Positions 42,854 to 51,928 of a DNA stretch of 64,000 bases are shown here, one piece after another. The position numbers and the translations under genes were made by a program. The notes beneath the pieces were generated by a model, which was given only the letters and a program-made list of their open reading frames with translations, was not told the DNA's origin and did not search any database. Location of the stretch: the sequence record KY555145.1; one strand, written 5' to 3'. Numbering within the stretch: the first letter of the stretch is position 1; every line of letters starts with the position of its first letter.

Positions 42854-43182
42854 GCGCCGCCTTCCGCGTCAAGCGCATCCTCGACTACATCGAGGGCCTG
42901 CGCGCCACGGGCGATGGTCGCCCCGCGACGATCCACGTCGACCACATCCGGGGCGACGTCTACCGCCTGCGGGTGATCGAGGCCAACGGCGAGACGTCCT
43001 ATGGCTTCTACTCGCCGCGCCACTATTCGGCCGACCTCATCCCCGCCGCGCGCGGCGTCTTCTCGCGCTTCCGCCTGGGCTCGATCCGCGACGGCGTCAT
43101 GCTCTGGCGCGACGACGCGGACCTGGAGATGATCTCCTGCGACCACCGCCAGCGGCCGATCGACTTCGTCGTCCGGTCCTGA
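42850..43182 (+). CDS. hypothetical protein (MSAAFRV...)
   Basis: GTG after AAGGAG. Confidence 0.75.
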   Translation: MSAAFRVKRILDYIEGLRATGDGRPATIHVDHIRGDVYRLRVIEANGETSYGFYSPRHYSADLIPAARGVFSRFRLGSIRDGVMLWRDDADLEMISCDHRQRPIDFVVRS

Positions 43183-43193
43183 GAGGCCCCAAG

Positions 43194-43535
43194 ATGCAGA
43201 CCAACGCCAAGACCCGCGCGCTCCTGATGGACCTCTTCGCGACCACCGAGCACGCCTGGAAGGCCATTCCCTCCTCGCACTCGGCCAAGCGCGCCTTCCA
43301 CCTGCGGCTGCTCGACGACCACACCGCCTTCCTGTTCAAGAACCCCGACGGCCTGTGGTCGCTCCAGCGCCAGGGCCACGCCCCGCGCGCCCTGTTCCAC
43401 GCCTTCGACATCGGGATGGCGATGCTCGAACACGCCGGCCGCGCCCAGGTGATCGACCACCTCGCCACCTGGGGCGGAAGCCTCACCTTCATCCCGCACG
43501 GCTATGTCGCGAACCGTGACCGTCATGACGCTTGA
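43194..43535 (+). CDS. hypothetical protein
   Basis: AGAGG RBS. Confidence 0.75.
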   Translation: MQTNAKTRALLMDLFATTEHAWKAIPSSHSAKRAFHLRLLDDHTAFLFKNPDGLWSLQRQGHAPRALFHAFDIGMAMLEHAGRAQVIDHLATWGGSLTFIPHGYVANRDRHDA

Positions 43536-43560
43536 CACGCCCGCAGGGCCGCGCTAACCA
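43532..43560 (+). promoter_or_regulatory. sigma70-type promoter with about 150-nt leader to the 43713 gene
   Basis: TTGACA-17-TAACCA. Confidence 0.55.
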
Positions 43561-43712
43561 TTTTCCTTAACGCAACCCATACGAAAATCCTGGTCCAGGG
43601 CGCCGCTGAACAGGCTCCCCGGCCGCGCGAAGCCCCGGACCCCAAAAGGGTGTCGCCCGAGGGCGCCGTAGGCGGACGCCAAATTTTTTCGTAAGAATGA
43701 GGAAATACATCC

Positions 43713-44834
43713 ATGCCCCGTGGTCCGCTGGTCGAGAAGTACGTCAAGGGCAAGCTCTACAGCCAGCGCCAGTTCCGCCGGCTGATCATCGACACCCTGC
43801 GGGCCATCCTCGATCTGCCCGGCTATGAGAAGGGCGCGCGCGCCCGCGACATCGCCGACAAGTTCGGCGACCCCGCCTGGGTCGAGGCCGAGAACCTGCG
43901 GCTGATCGCCGTCACCCTGAACAACCTCAAGACCCAGGGGCTGGTCAAGCAGGTCGAGCGCGGGCTCTACAAGGTCAACGAGGCCAAGGTCGATCTGGGC
44001 CTGGACCAGATGGAGCAGACCGAGCAGACCATCGCCGAGGTCCTGCGGGCCGAAGGGGGCTACGCCAAGCGCCGCGTGATCGACCGCGAACACGACGCCG
44101 ACAGCCAGTCGACCGCCTCCAACCAGGGCGACATCCAGCGCACCCTCACCCGCGTGCTGATGAACAGCCAGCGAATCCAGAAGGCCTACGGGGGCATGGT
44201 CTACGCCTTCTACAATCTCCCCCAGGCCGAGTTGTCCCTGCTGCCCCAGATGGGGAAGTGGCTGCACCTCCAGTCGGCCGCCGCCACCCGCATGCTGACC
44301 GGCCAGCCCTCCCACGAGGTCTACAACCTGATCGAGAAGGCCGCCCGCCTCCAGTACCGCCACATCGGGGCGGTCTTCAAGTTCGTGATCGACCACATCG
44401 ACGAGGACTTCGCCGACGCCGCGCGCGGCTTTGAACCCCTGCACGAGGCGATGGCCGAATTCAACGACGCCTTCTCGGACGTCAACGCCGGAGCCCGGAA
44501 CAAGATCGAAGACCGGTTCGGCCCCGAGGGCGAGGACCACCGCCAGATGCGCGAGGCCGGCAAGACCTACACCGAGATCGACGACGCGCGCGAAGCGGCC
44601 TTGCGCGCCTACGACGCCGAAGCCCCGCTGCGGCTGATCGACCTCTTCTGCGAGGGAAACCCCCAGGCCCACGAGCGCGCGCCGCTCTCTTTCTACGAAG
44701 CGTTCGCCGACTGGGCGATGCTCGACGCGGCCCAACTCAGCCGGGGCATCCTCGTCGCCGACTTCACCCGCGCCAAGCGGATCAAGAAGCTCGACGACCG
44801 GGAAGACGGCCCGCTGCCCGGCTATGAGGGCTGA
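43713..44834 (+). CDS. 373-aa protein with tandem N-terminal winged helices; candidate origin-binding or regulatory protein
   Basis: ARDIADKF...VTLNNLKTQGLVKQVERGLYKV plus a second similar segment; adjacent to the AT-rich island. Confidence 0.7.
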   Translation: MPRGPLVEKYVKGKLYSQRQFRRLIIDTLRAILDLPGYEKGARARDIADKFGDPAWVEAENLRLIAVTLNNLKTQGLVKQVERGLYKVNEAKVDLGLDQMEQTEQTIAEVLRAEGGYAKRRVIDREHDADSQSTASNQGDIQRTLTRVLMNSQRIQKAYGGMVYAFYNLPQAELSLLPQMGKWLHLQSAAATRMLTGQPSHEVYNLIEKAARLQYRHIGAVFKFVIDHIDEDFADAARGFEPLHEAMAEFNDAFSDVNAGARNKIEDRFGPEGEDHRQMREAGKTYTEIDDAREAALRAYDAEAPLRLIDLFCEGNPQAHERAPLSFYEAFADWAMLDAAQLSRGILVADFTRAKRIKKLDDREDGPLPGYEG

Positions 44835-44879
44835 TCGGCTGGAGGCCCAAAAGGGCTGGCCGCTCTGGGTTTGTCAACC

Positions 44880-45140
44880 AAAGCCCTACTCCTCTATGGT
44901 CCATAAAGGTACACATATTAAATACATTCTTAGTTTACTCTGTATATGTAAACCTCTCCCTATACTCTCTATACCCTCTAAAAGCTAACCTAATTAAATA
45001 CATAGTTAGTAATATGTGTGTCTTTCTACCATTTTACTACCCAGTTATTTATTATAGTTAGTTTTTCTCCTATAGTGTAGGGTAGAGAAGAGAAGAAAGG
45101 ATGAAAAGTGGACTATCTACTAAATGAATAGATAATAATC
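44880..45140. other. AT-rich non-coding island, candidate replication origin
   Basis: Abrupt AT richness in GC-rich DNA; inverted repeat ACACATATTA (44911) / TAATATGTGT (45010); direct repeat ATTAAATACAT (44917, 44993). Confidence 0.55.
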
Positions 45141-45168
45141 CCTGCCGGGCAGACCTCGAAATTGGCGT

Positions 45169-45429
45169 CGAGCAAATCCCGAGCAAATCCTGGTCGCCTC
45201 GCCTGAGGGGATCGACACGGTATGCAGGACCCGGAGGGAGAGCGGAGCGTGTCCAGGCCGTGTCGGCGGACCCACCCTATCTCGTCGGACCCGTCGACCG
45301 TCCTGCCGGGAGACCCGTCGACCGTCCCACCCGTCGACCACCCTGCCGAGAAACGACCCGTCATCTGACACGGCGTCCAGGTCCCGGAGGGCAAGAGCCC
45401 GATAGGGCGGGTTCGGGCCGTGTCGGCGG
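45169..45429. repeat. iteron-like short repeats
   Basis: CGAGCAAATCC x2 (45169, 45180); ACCCGTCGACC x3 (45289, 45313, 45329); GGCCGTGTCGGCGG x2 (45256, 45416). Confidence 0.75.
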
Positions 45430-45433
45430 GGAG

Positions 45434-45468
45434 TTGACAGTCGTTGATCACGACGCTAGACGTCGTGA
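45434..45468 (+). promoter_or_regulatory. sigma70-type promoter with inverted repeat around the -10
   Basis: TTGACA-17-TAGACG; TCACGACG-CTAGA-CGTCGTGA at 45448-45468. Confidence 0.6.
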
Positions 45469-45545
45469 ATCTTGACATACGCCCGTCTGCATGAGAGACG
45501 TGGTTAACGAGATGGGCTGCTCCCAAGGCCCCTCGGGAGCCGCCT

Positions 45546-46250
45546 ATGCCGACCACCCTCCGCTCGACCTCGCCGTCCGATCCGCGCCCCACCGCCATCG
45601 ACCCTGACGTCCTGGCCCTGGCGATCGGCAAGGTCCTGCCCGACATCCTGGGCTGGGCGCGTCTGCGTCAGCCGGGCTTTGGCGAGGCCGATGTCCGCCA
45701 TGCGGTGGTCGAGGCGCTGCACATCGCTGGCCTGGACGCCTTCCGCCTCGGCGTGGTCCTGGCCTCGCAGTTCAACTGGTCGGTCGACTACAGCCTCGTG
45801 CGCCTGCTCGACAGCGTCATCGAGGCCCTGCCGACCGCCTACCGGGCGGTGACCGGCCGCTGGGTCGCCCGCACCGGCATCCGCTTTCCGGCCAAGGAAG
45901 GCGACACCATCGAGTTCTTCGACGCGTCCGGTCGTCGCCGCGTCGGCAAGGTGGTCGGGGTCTCGGGCCTGACCGCCACGGCCTATGTCCAGCCCGCCGT
46001 CGGCACCGAGTTCACCGACCCGCCGATCGAGATCGCCGCCGAGGCGGTCGCCGCCAACGTCACCCAGAAGCGCTACCAGCCCGAGCACCCGATCCTGGGC
46101 GCACGCTACGATGACGCCCCGGCGCTGGGGGCTCTGGCCGAGGCCGAACGCGCCCGCCGCACTGACGCGGCGGCTTCGCCGAGAACGCCGGCGCCCCACC
46201 CGCACCTGACCGACTTCCGCCCGGACCCTGACGGGCCGGCCATCGCCTGA
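45546..46250 (+). CDS. hypothetical protein
   Basis: GGGAG RBS; 234 aa. Confidence 0.75.
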   Translation: MPTTLRSTSPSDPRPTAIDPDVLALAIGKVLPDILGWARLRQPGFGEADVRHAVVEALHIAGLDAFRLGVVLASQFNWSVDYSLVRLLDSVIEALPTAYRAVTGRWVARTGIRFPAKEGDTIEFFDASGRRRVGKVVGVSGLTATAYVQPAVGTEFTDPPIEIAAEAVAANVTQKRYQPEHPILGARYDDAPALGALAEAERARRTDAAASPRTPAPHPHLTDFRPDPDGPAIA

Positions 46251-46258
46251 GACCCTCC

Positions 46259-46432
46259 ATGAGCCTTTCTTTCAACGACGATCCCGAGCAATGCGTGCGT
46301 GACGCGCTGGACCTCGACCTGGACGAGGTGGCGGTGGTCTGCCGCGACGCCTCGGGCGAGGTCTATGTCCTGGCCTCCACCAAGGGCCGGCGCCTGGAAC
46401 GCCTGCTCGCCGATGGGGTCGACCTGACGTGA
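46259..46432 (+). CDS. 57-aa hypothetical protein (MSLSFNDDPEQ...)
   Basis: Hand-translated; fills the gap and overlaps the resolvase start (GTGA). Confidence 0.6.
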   Translation: MSLSFNDDPEQCVRDALDLDLDEVAVVCRDASGEVYVLASTKGRRLERLLADGVDLT

Positions 46433-46944
46433 AGATCATCGGCGTCGATCCGGGCATCGCCGGCGGCGTCGTGCTGCTGGACACCAAGGCCTGCACCCTG
46501 GCGGTTCACGACATGCCGACCGAGCCCTCGACCAAGGGCCGGCGGCTGGCGTCCTCGGCCCTCTTGACCGTCTTCCTGCACGACGTCGCCCCCGATCACA
46601 TCTTCCTCGAAGAGGTCGGGGTCCGGCCCGGCGAGGGCGCGGTCGGGGCCTTTTCGTTCGGGCGCGGCATGGGACGCCTGGAGGGCGTGGCGGCCGGCAC
46701 CCGCACCCCGCTGACCATGGTCACGCCCCAGGAATGGAAGCGCGTCACCAAGACCCCGGCCGACAAGAAGCGCGCCATCGCCCGCGCCTACCAACTCTTC
46801 CCCCGCTGCGTGAAGCTCTTCCAGGGGCCGCGCGGCGGTGAAAAGGACGGGCGCGCCGAAGCCGCCCTGATCGCCTTCTACGGGGCGATGAAGCTCGGCG
46901 CCGTCCCCTCCTCTCCCATCGACCCGGCGGAGTTTCCGGCTTGA
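46429..46944 (+). CDS. RuvC-like Holliday junction resolvase
   Basis: IIGVDPG...FLEEV...FSFG...G.LEG...PQEWK...DGRAEAALIA. Confidence 0.9.
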   Translation: MKIIGVDPGIAGGVVLLDTKACTLAVHDMPTEPSTKGRRLASSALLTVFLHDVAPDHIFLEEVGVRPGEGAVGAFSFGRGMGRLEGVAAGTRTPLTMVTPQEWKRVTKTPADKKRAIARAYQLFPRCVKLFQGPRGGEKDGRAEAALIAFYGAMKLGAVPSSPIDPAEFPA

Positions 46945-47576
46945 CCCAGCCCCAGTACCTGACGCGCCAAGCGCTTTTCCGCCGCCGCCATCGCGGCGAC
47001 ATTTGGCCCGTCCATGACGAGATGGACTACGCCGCCAGCGCCTCCACCGTCGTCGACGATCCGCGCGAGCCCAGCATCGTCCCGACCGGGGTGCTCGACG
47101 CGGCCGGCGAGATGCTGCTGAAGGTCCACATGCCGATCAAGGTCCCGCTGGGCTTCGCCATCCCGCTGGTCGACCGCGACGACGCCGACGAGGTGGTCTC
47201 CTACGTCCCCGAGAGCCAGTTGATCGTCTCCGACATCGGCCTGGGTCGCGGCTATGTCACCCCCGAGGAAGCCGACGCCGGCGAGATCGACGGCCATGAG
47301 GCCCACGAGGAACACCCCGGTCAGGCCTCGATCCGCATCCCCGCCACCAAGGCGGTGATCGCCGCCCACGGGGCCATGGGCGAGGCGGCCGAACGGGTCG
47401 CCGATCAGGTCACCGCCCTGCATGTCGATCTCACCCCCGAGGGGATCATCGTGCTGCGCGGCCTGATCGCCGCCCAGGGCGAGGCGCTGATCGCCTTCCT
47501 CCAGGCGGCCCACACCGCGCGGGCCGAGGGTGGCGAGGACGACGAGGACGAGGACGATGGCCCCGAAGAAGCCTGA
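46941..47576 (+). CDS. acidic hypothetical protein
   Basis: TTG after GGAG. Confidence 0.7.
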   Translation: MTQPQYLTRQALFRRRHRGDIWPVHDEMDYAASASTVVDDPREPSIVPTGVLDAAGEMLLKVHMPIKVPLGFAIPLVDRDDADEVVSYVPESQLIVSDIGLGRGYVTPEEADAGEIDGHEAHEEHPGQASIRIPATKAVIAAHGAMGEAAERVADQVTALHVDLTPEGIIVLRGLIAAQGEALIAFLQAAHTARAEGGEDDEDEDDGPEEA

Positions 47577-47862
47577 CCTCTCGACCCGGTCGGGCGCGGC
47601 CCGCCATAGCGCCGAGCGCGACAGAGCCCTCGATGCGGCGGTCTGCGCCTTCCACGAGGCGGTGCGGATGTACACGGGCCTGACCGCCCAGGCCAACCTC
47701 AACAAGGTCCGCCCGGCCATCGTCGAGGAGTACCGCTTTGGGGCGCTCGCCGCCTTCGAAGCCCTGCTCGACAACATGAAGACCGCCTCCGACGCCCTGG
47801 TGATCCTCAACGCCGTGCGCGGGGCCTCCCCGCCCGACAAGCCCAAACGCACCGAGCTTTAA
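47557..47862 (+). CDS. hypothetical protein (MAPKKPD...)
   Basis: GAGGA RBS. Confidence 0.65.
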   Translation: MAPKKPDLSTRSGAARHSAERDRALDAAVCAFHEAVRMYTGLTAQANLNKVRPAIVEEYRFGALAAFEALLDNMKTASDALVILNAVRGASPPDKPKRTEL

Positions 47863-47866
47863 GACC

Positions 47867-48742
47867 ATGCCGCGCCTTGCCAACGACCGCCACGAGCTAT
47901 ACGCCCTGATGCGGGCCAAGGGCATGAAGCCCCAGGCCGCCGCCCAGGCCGCCGGCTTCGTGGCCGGCTCGTCGATCTACGCCGAACTGGAGAAGGACCC
48001 CGAGGTCCAGGCGCGCGCCCAGGAACTGCTCGACGAGAACAACCTCAAGCGCGAGCAGATGCGCACCGCCGCCACCGAGGCGGCCAAGGTCGTCGGTCAG
48101 GTCTCGGGCCTGTCCAAGGCCTGGGTGCTCCAGAAGCTGGCCGAGAACGCCCAGATGGCGGCCCAGGACGGCGACTACAAGGAGAGCAACGCCGCCCTCA
48201 AGCTGATCGGCGACGAGTTTGGCATGTTCAGCGGCGCCTCCTCGGAAGGCACCGAGGGCCAGAACGGCGAGCGCACTTACGACCTCGACGCGATGAGCGC
48301 CCTGCTGGTCAAGGGAACCGCCACGATCCCGGTCGCGCCGCCTAAGGTCGACCCGTCCGCCGCCTTCGACCTGATCGCCGGCAACGGGGCCGCCGCCCGC
48401 CGCGCCCGTGAGAGCCGGGCCTTCTCCGACGGCGAGGAAAGCGACGCGGTGTTCTCCGAGGACGCCGATATCGACGCGGTCATGGACGGGTCCTGGAGCG
48501 GCCCCAGCCCCGACGACTACCTGGAGGCCGAAAATTCGCATCAGGAGGCCCCTGAAAGCCCCGACCGACCCGAGCCCCCGGCCGACCCCGTTCCGGCCGC
48601 TGGCGAGCCCTCCGAGCCCGAAGGGACCTGGGAGCAGATCGACCCCAAGACCTCTCCCGAAGCGATCATGGCGCGCATCCAAGCCGCCGGCCAATCCCCG
48701 ACGTCCAGCGATGACCGGCCCAAGCGCCGCTCCTCGCGCTGA
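47867..48742 (+). CDS. terS: terminase small subunit (putative)
   Basis: LANDRHELYA..RAKG...AAAQAAGF...WVLQKL...AALKLIG..FGMF; immediately upstream of terL. Confidence 0.75.
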   Translation: MPRLANDRHELYALMRAKGMKPQAAAQAAGFVAGSSIYAELEKDPEVQARAQELLDENNLKREQMRTAATEAAKVVGQVSGLSKAWVLQKLAENAQMAAQDGDYKESNAALKLIGDEFGMFSGASSEGTEGQNGERTYDLDAMSALLVKGTATIPVAPPKVDPSAAFDLIAGNGAAARRARESRAFSDGEESDAVFSEDADIDAVMDGSWSGPSPDDYLEAENSHQEAPESPDRPEPPADPVPAAGEPSEPEGTWEQIDPKTSPEAIMARIQAAGQSPTSSDDRPKRRSSR

Positions 48743-48754
48743 CCCTAGAACGCC

Positions 48755-51487
48755 GTGAGCTACTATCCGATCGAGGACCGCGCCAAGGCCCGGTCCGTCG
48801 TCAAGAACCTGCTGGACCTTCAGCGCGAGGCGGTCAAGGCCTCGCGCGGCGGCCTGATCCTGCCGCCCGACCAGAAGGCGATCATCACCCAGGTCACCGA
48901 GACCGAGGACCCGGCCCGCTGGGTCGATCTGCTGGGTCAGTTCGCCGATCGCGTCCAGACCGATCACCTCGCCCGGCTCAAGCCCCTGGCCAAGCACGAC
49001 TTCAACGCCTTCTGCGAATACGTCAATCCCGAGGAGGCCCCGGCCTCCAAGTGGCACGTCTACCTGACCTCGCTCCTCCAGGAGATCGAGAACAACCACG
49101 AGCTTGAGCGCTTCGTGCTCAACTGCCCGCCCGGTCACGCCAAGCCGCTCGACGTCGACACCGAGGTCCTGATGGCCGACGGGTCCTGGAAGCGCCTGGG
49201 CGACATCGAGGTCGGAGAATACGTGGTCGGCGAGAGCGGCGCGCGTTGCAAGGTCACCGCCGTCCATGAGCAGGGCGATCTCGCCACCCTGAAGATCACC
49301 ACCGCCCACGGCCGCCAGATCATCGCCGCCCCCGATCACGCCTTCCGGGTCGGAAACACCTGGAAGGAGGCGGGCAAGCTGCGGCCGGGCGACGCGCTGT
49401 CCGTGGTCGGCGCCGCCAACCTCAACTACGACGCCAGCGGCAAGACCATCGACCACTTCGAGCTTGCCGCCTACCTCCAGGCCAAGGGCGGACGCTCCTA
49501 CTTCCACCGCATCCACAAGAGCGGGCCGAAGACCTATCGCAACGTCTTCCTGTGGACCTCCGACCACCGCGAGGCCAGCAAGATCAGCGCCTGCCTCAAG
49601 CGCCTGGGGATCGCCTTCAAGGGGCGCCTCGCCAAGCACGAGCAGGTCTGGAAGATGCGTCTGGCCACCGAATGGGGCGACGCCCTGGCCGAGGAGTATG
49701 GCCTGGACGCGCGGATCGACGCGCGCCGGGTTCCGGCCTTTGTCACGAAAGGCGACGAGGAGCAGATCGCCCGCTACCTGTCGACCTACGCCTCCCTGGC
49801 TGGCGAGGCGCCCGACCGCTACACCATCCCGCGCATCATCCTCTACTTCAAGAACCCGGCCTTCGCCCGCGACATCCAGCGCCTGTTCGCCGTGGTCGGC
49901 GTCAACGCCCGCATCGAGGGGCGCAAGACCGGCCGCACCCGGCTGATCCTGTCGGGGCCGGACCTGGAGGCCTACTTCGCCGCCGGCCTGACCTACACCG
50001 GCCCCAACGCCGACAAGCTCGACGACAAGCGCGCGGCCTTCCCGACCGCGCCCTCGCTCTTGGCCGACACCGTCACCTGGATCGAGCCGCACGGCGTGCG
50101 CCCCTGCCGCTGCCTGACCGTCGAGGACGAGCACACCTTCATCGCCGAAGGCGTGGTGGTCCACAACTCGACCTACGCCTCGCGCCTGTTCGTGGCGTGG
50201 CGCCTGGGGCGCGATCCGCGCCAGAAGATCATCGGCGGCGGTCACTCCCAGCGCTTCGTCGAGAACGAGTTCTCCGGCAAGATTCGCAACCTCGTGCGCA
50301 CCCCGCAATACCGCGACGTGTTCCCCGACGTGGTCATCGACCACGCCACCTCGGCCAAGGACATGTGGGCGATCGCCGGGCACGGCGGACAGTACGCCGC
50401 CAAGGGCGCGGGGCAGGCCATCCACGGTCTGCGCGCCCACTTCGTCTGCGTCGACGACCCCTACCGGTCGATCGAAGTGGCCGAGTCCGCGATCGAGCGC
50501 GAGAAGATCAAGACGTGGTTCTTCGGCGACGTTGGCTCGCGTCTGTTGCCGCTCGCCAAAGTATTCCTCATCATGACGCGCTTCCATGAGGAAGATTTGA
50601 CCGGGGAGATCATCAAACTCAACCAAGAAGTTCTCACCGGCGCCGACCGTTATCACATCGTTGAAGCGCCCGCCCTGTGCTACGACCCCGAAAACGACGT
50701 CCTGGGCAGGGCTCTGGGCGAAGTTTTGTGGGACTACTATGACTTGCATTATTTCAAGCGCAAGCGGTCCGAGTGGAAGTACCAAAGATTTGCTTTGGTT
50801 TATCAACAACTTGCCGACGCGGCCTCGGACACCTCCATCGCGTCCAAGTTTCAGACCTACGATCACCTGCCCCACCTGGAGCCGAAGGTGCTCAAGGCCC
50901 GGCTTGACGCGGGTCACGCCGACGAGCGCAGGCGGCCGATTCCGGACCGCAAGGAGCACTTCCGGCGGGTGGTGGTCAGCGTCGACTCGGCCAACAAGCC
51001 CGGCGCCCGCAACGACTACAGCGTCGCCCAGGTCTGGGGGGAGACCCACGCCCGCAAGCACTACCTGATCTACCAGGAGCGCAAGAAGGTCGACATCACC
51101 GGCCTGACCGAGATGATCGAGCGGGTGGCCAAGCGCTACGAGGTCGACGCCATCCTGGTCGAAGACAAGGGCAACGGCACCGCCTACATCCAGGCGCGGG
51201 GCCAGACCGACAGCCAGCGGCGGCTCGCCCCGGCCCCGATCGAGGCGATCCAGGTCCCGAGCACCTATTCCAAGGAGTTCCGCTTCAACGAGATCGTCCC
51301 GATGATCGAGGCCGGCGAGGTCTTCCTGCCGGGCAAGGCTCCGTGGCTCGACCTGCTGATCCGTGAAATCGGTCAGTTCCCCGAAGGCGCCCATGACGAC
51401 CAAGTCGACGCCATGACGCAGTACCTCCGCTGGGCCAAGTCCAAGCGCACGCGGTTCGGGGCGCGCAAGGTCGGCTCGATGGGCTGA
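48755..51487 (+). CDS. terL: terminase large subunit, intein-containing
   Basis: Walker A PPGHAK/ST split by intein; Walker B VCVDD; nuclease VSVDSA...VEDKGNG...HDDQVDAMT. Confidence 0.95.
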   Translation: MSYYPIEDRAKARSVVKNLLDLQREAVKASRGGLILPPDQKAIITQVTETEDPARWVDLLGQFADRVQTDHLARLKPLAKHDFNAFCEYVNPEEAPASKWHVYLTSLLQEIENNHELERFVLNCPPGHAKPLDVDTEVLMADGSWKRLGDIEVGEYVVGESGARCKVTAVHEQGDLATLKITTAHGRQIIAAPDHAFRVGNTWKEAGKLRPGDALSVVGAANLNYDASGKTIDHFELAAYLQAKGGRSYFHRIHKSGPKTYRNVFLWTSDHREASKISACLKRLGIAFKGRLAKHEQVWKMRLATEWGDALAEEYGLDARIDARRVPAFVTKGDEEQIARYLSTYASLAGEAPDRYTIPRIILYFKNPAFARDIQRLFAVVGVNARIEGRKTGRTRLILSGPDLEAYFAAGLTYTGPNADKLDDKRAAFPTAPSLLADTVTWIEPHGVRPCRCLTVEDEHTFIAEGVVVHNSTYASRLFVAWRLGRDPRQKIIGGGHSQRFVENEFSGKIRNLVRTPQYRDVFPDVVIDHATSAKDMWAIAGHGGQYAAKGAGQAIHGLRAHFVCVDDPYRSIEVAESAIEREKIKTWFFGDVGSRLLPLAKVFLIMTRFHEEDLTGEIIKLNQEVLTGADRYHIVEAPALCYDPENDVLGRALGEVLWDYYDLHYFKRKRSEWKYQRFALVYQQLADAASDTSIASKFQTYDHLPHLEPKVLKARLDAGHADERRRPIPDRKEHFRRVVVSVDSANKPGARNDYSVAQVWGETHARKHYLIYQERKKVDITGLTEMIERVAKRYEVDAILVEDKGNGTAYIQARGQTDSQRRLAPAPIEAIQVPSTYSKEFRFNEIVPMIEAGEVFLPGKAPWLDLLIREIGQFPEGAHDDQVDAMTQYLRWAKSKRTRFGARKVGSMG
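49145..50167 (+). mobile_element. 341-aa intein in the TerL Walker A; Pro1, Cys at block F4, degenerate LAGLIDADG domain
   Basis: PLDVDTEVLMADG...IIAAPDHAF...PCRCLTV...VVVHN/S; removing it restores PPGHAKST. Confidence 0.9.
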
Positions 51488-51559
51488 CGAGGCCCGTTAA
51501 CCACGTTTGTTAACCTCCGCCGGGGCCTTAACCCTAACACGGCGAGGGTTAACAGGCCA

Positions 51560-51713
51560 GGGACCCTGGGGAATTAACCCTCCGGGGACCCTTGGAAATC
51601 GAAAGACGGGGACCCTGGGCATTTTCCGCCTGGGGACCCTCCAAAATCCACCGTCGGGGACCCTGGGAAATTCATCTTCCGGGGACCCTGGGAAATTCAA
51701 AGCCGGGGACCCT
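51560..51713 (+). repeat. 7 copies of (G)GGGACCCT at a 24-25 bp period
   Basis: Copies at 51560, 51584, 51608, 51632, 51656, 51681, 51705, each followed by an A/T tract. Confidence 0.9.
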
Positions 51714-51733
51714 GGCGAATCATGGAGCCGACG

Positions 51734-51925
51734 ATGGCCGGATTTCTCAACCTGATCCCGAACCTCGCGCCGTTCGCGCTCTGGGGCGTCCTGCTCTGGA
51801 TCGCGGCCGAGGTCGTCTGGTCGATCAGCCTGTGGGTCTATGGCCTGCGGACCCTGTTCAAGCTGCACCGCGACGATGTGGCCGAGGCCCTGACCCTGGA
51901 GCGGGCTCTGGCACCGTTCGACTGA
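51734..51925 (+). CDS. small membrane protein (MAGFLNL...)
   Basis: GGAG RBS; hydrophobic, Trp-rich core. Confidence 0.6.
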   Translation: MAGFLNLIPNLAPFALWGVLLWIAAEVVWSISLWVYGLRTLFKLHRDDVAEALTLERALAPFD

Positions 51926-51928
51926 CCC

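Noticed and set aside
44872-44877. Minus-strand TTGACA at the edge of the AT island
   Set aside because: No acceptable -10 at 17-18 bp.
45113-45646. ORFs in the repeat region next to the AT-rich island
   Set aside because: No RBS, repeat-derived sequence, atypical composition.
47897-51403. 1168-aa minus-strand ORF
   Set aside because: Antisense shadow of terS/terL caused by high GC3; no motifs or RBS.
51497-51513. CtrA box at TTAA-CCACGTTTG-TTAA
   Set aside because: Spacing is N9 rather than N7 and no matching -10 follows; not counted.
51560-51713. Possible mini-CRISPR array
   Set aside because: The repeat is only 9 bp, the 15-bp spacers resemble each other, and there are no cas genes.
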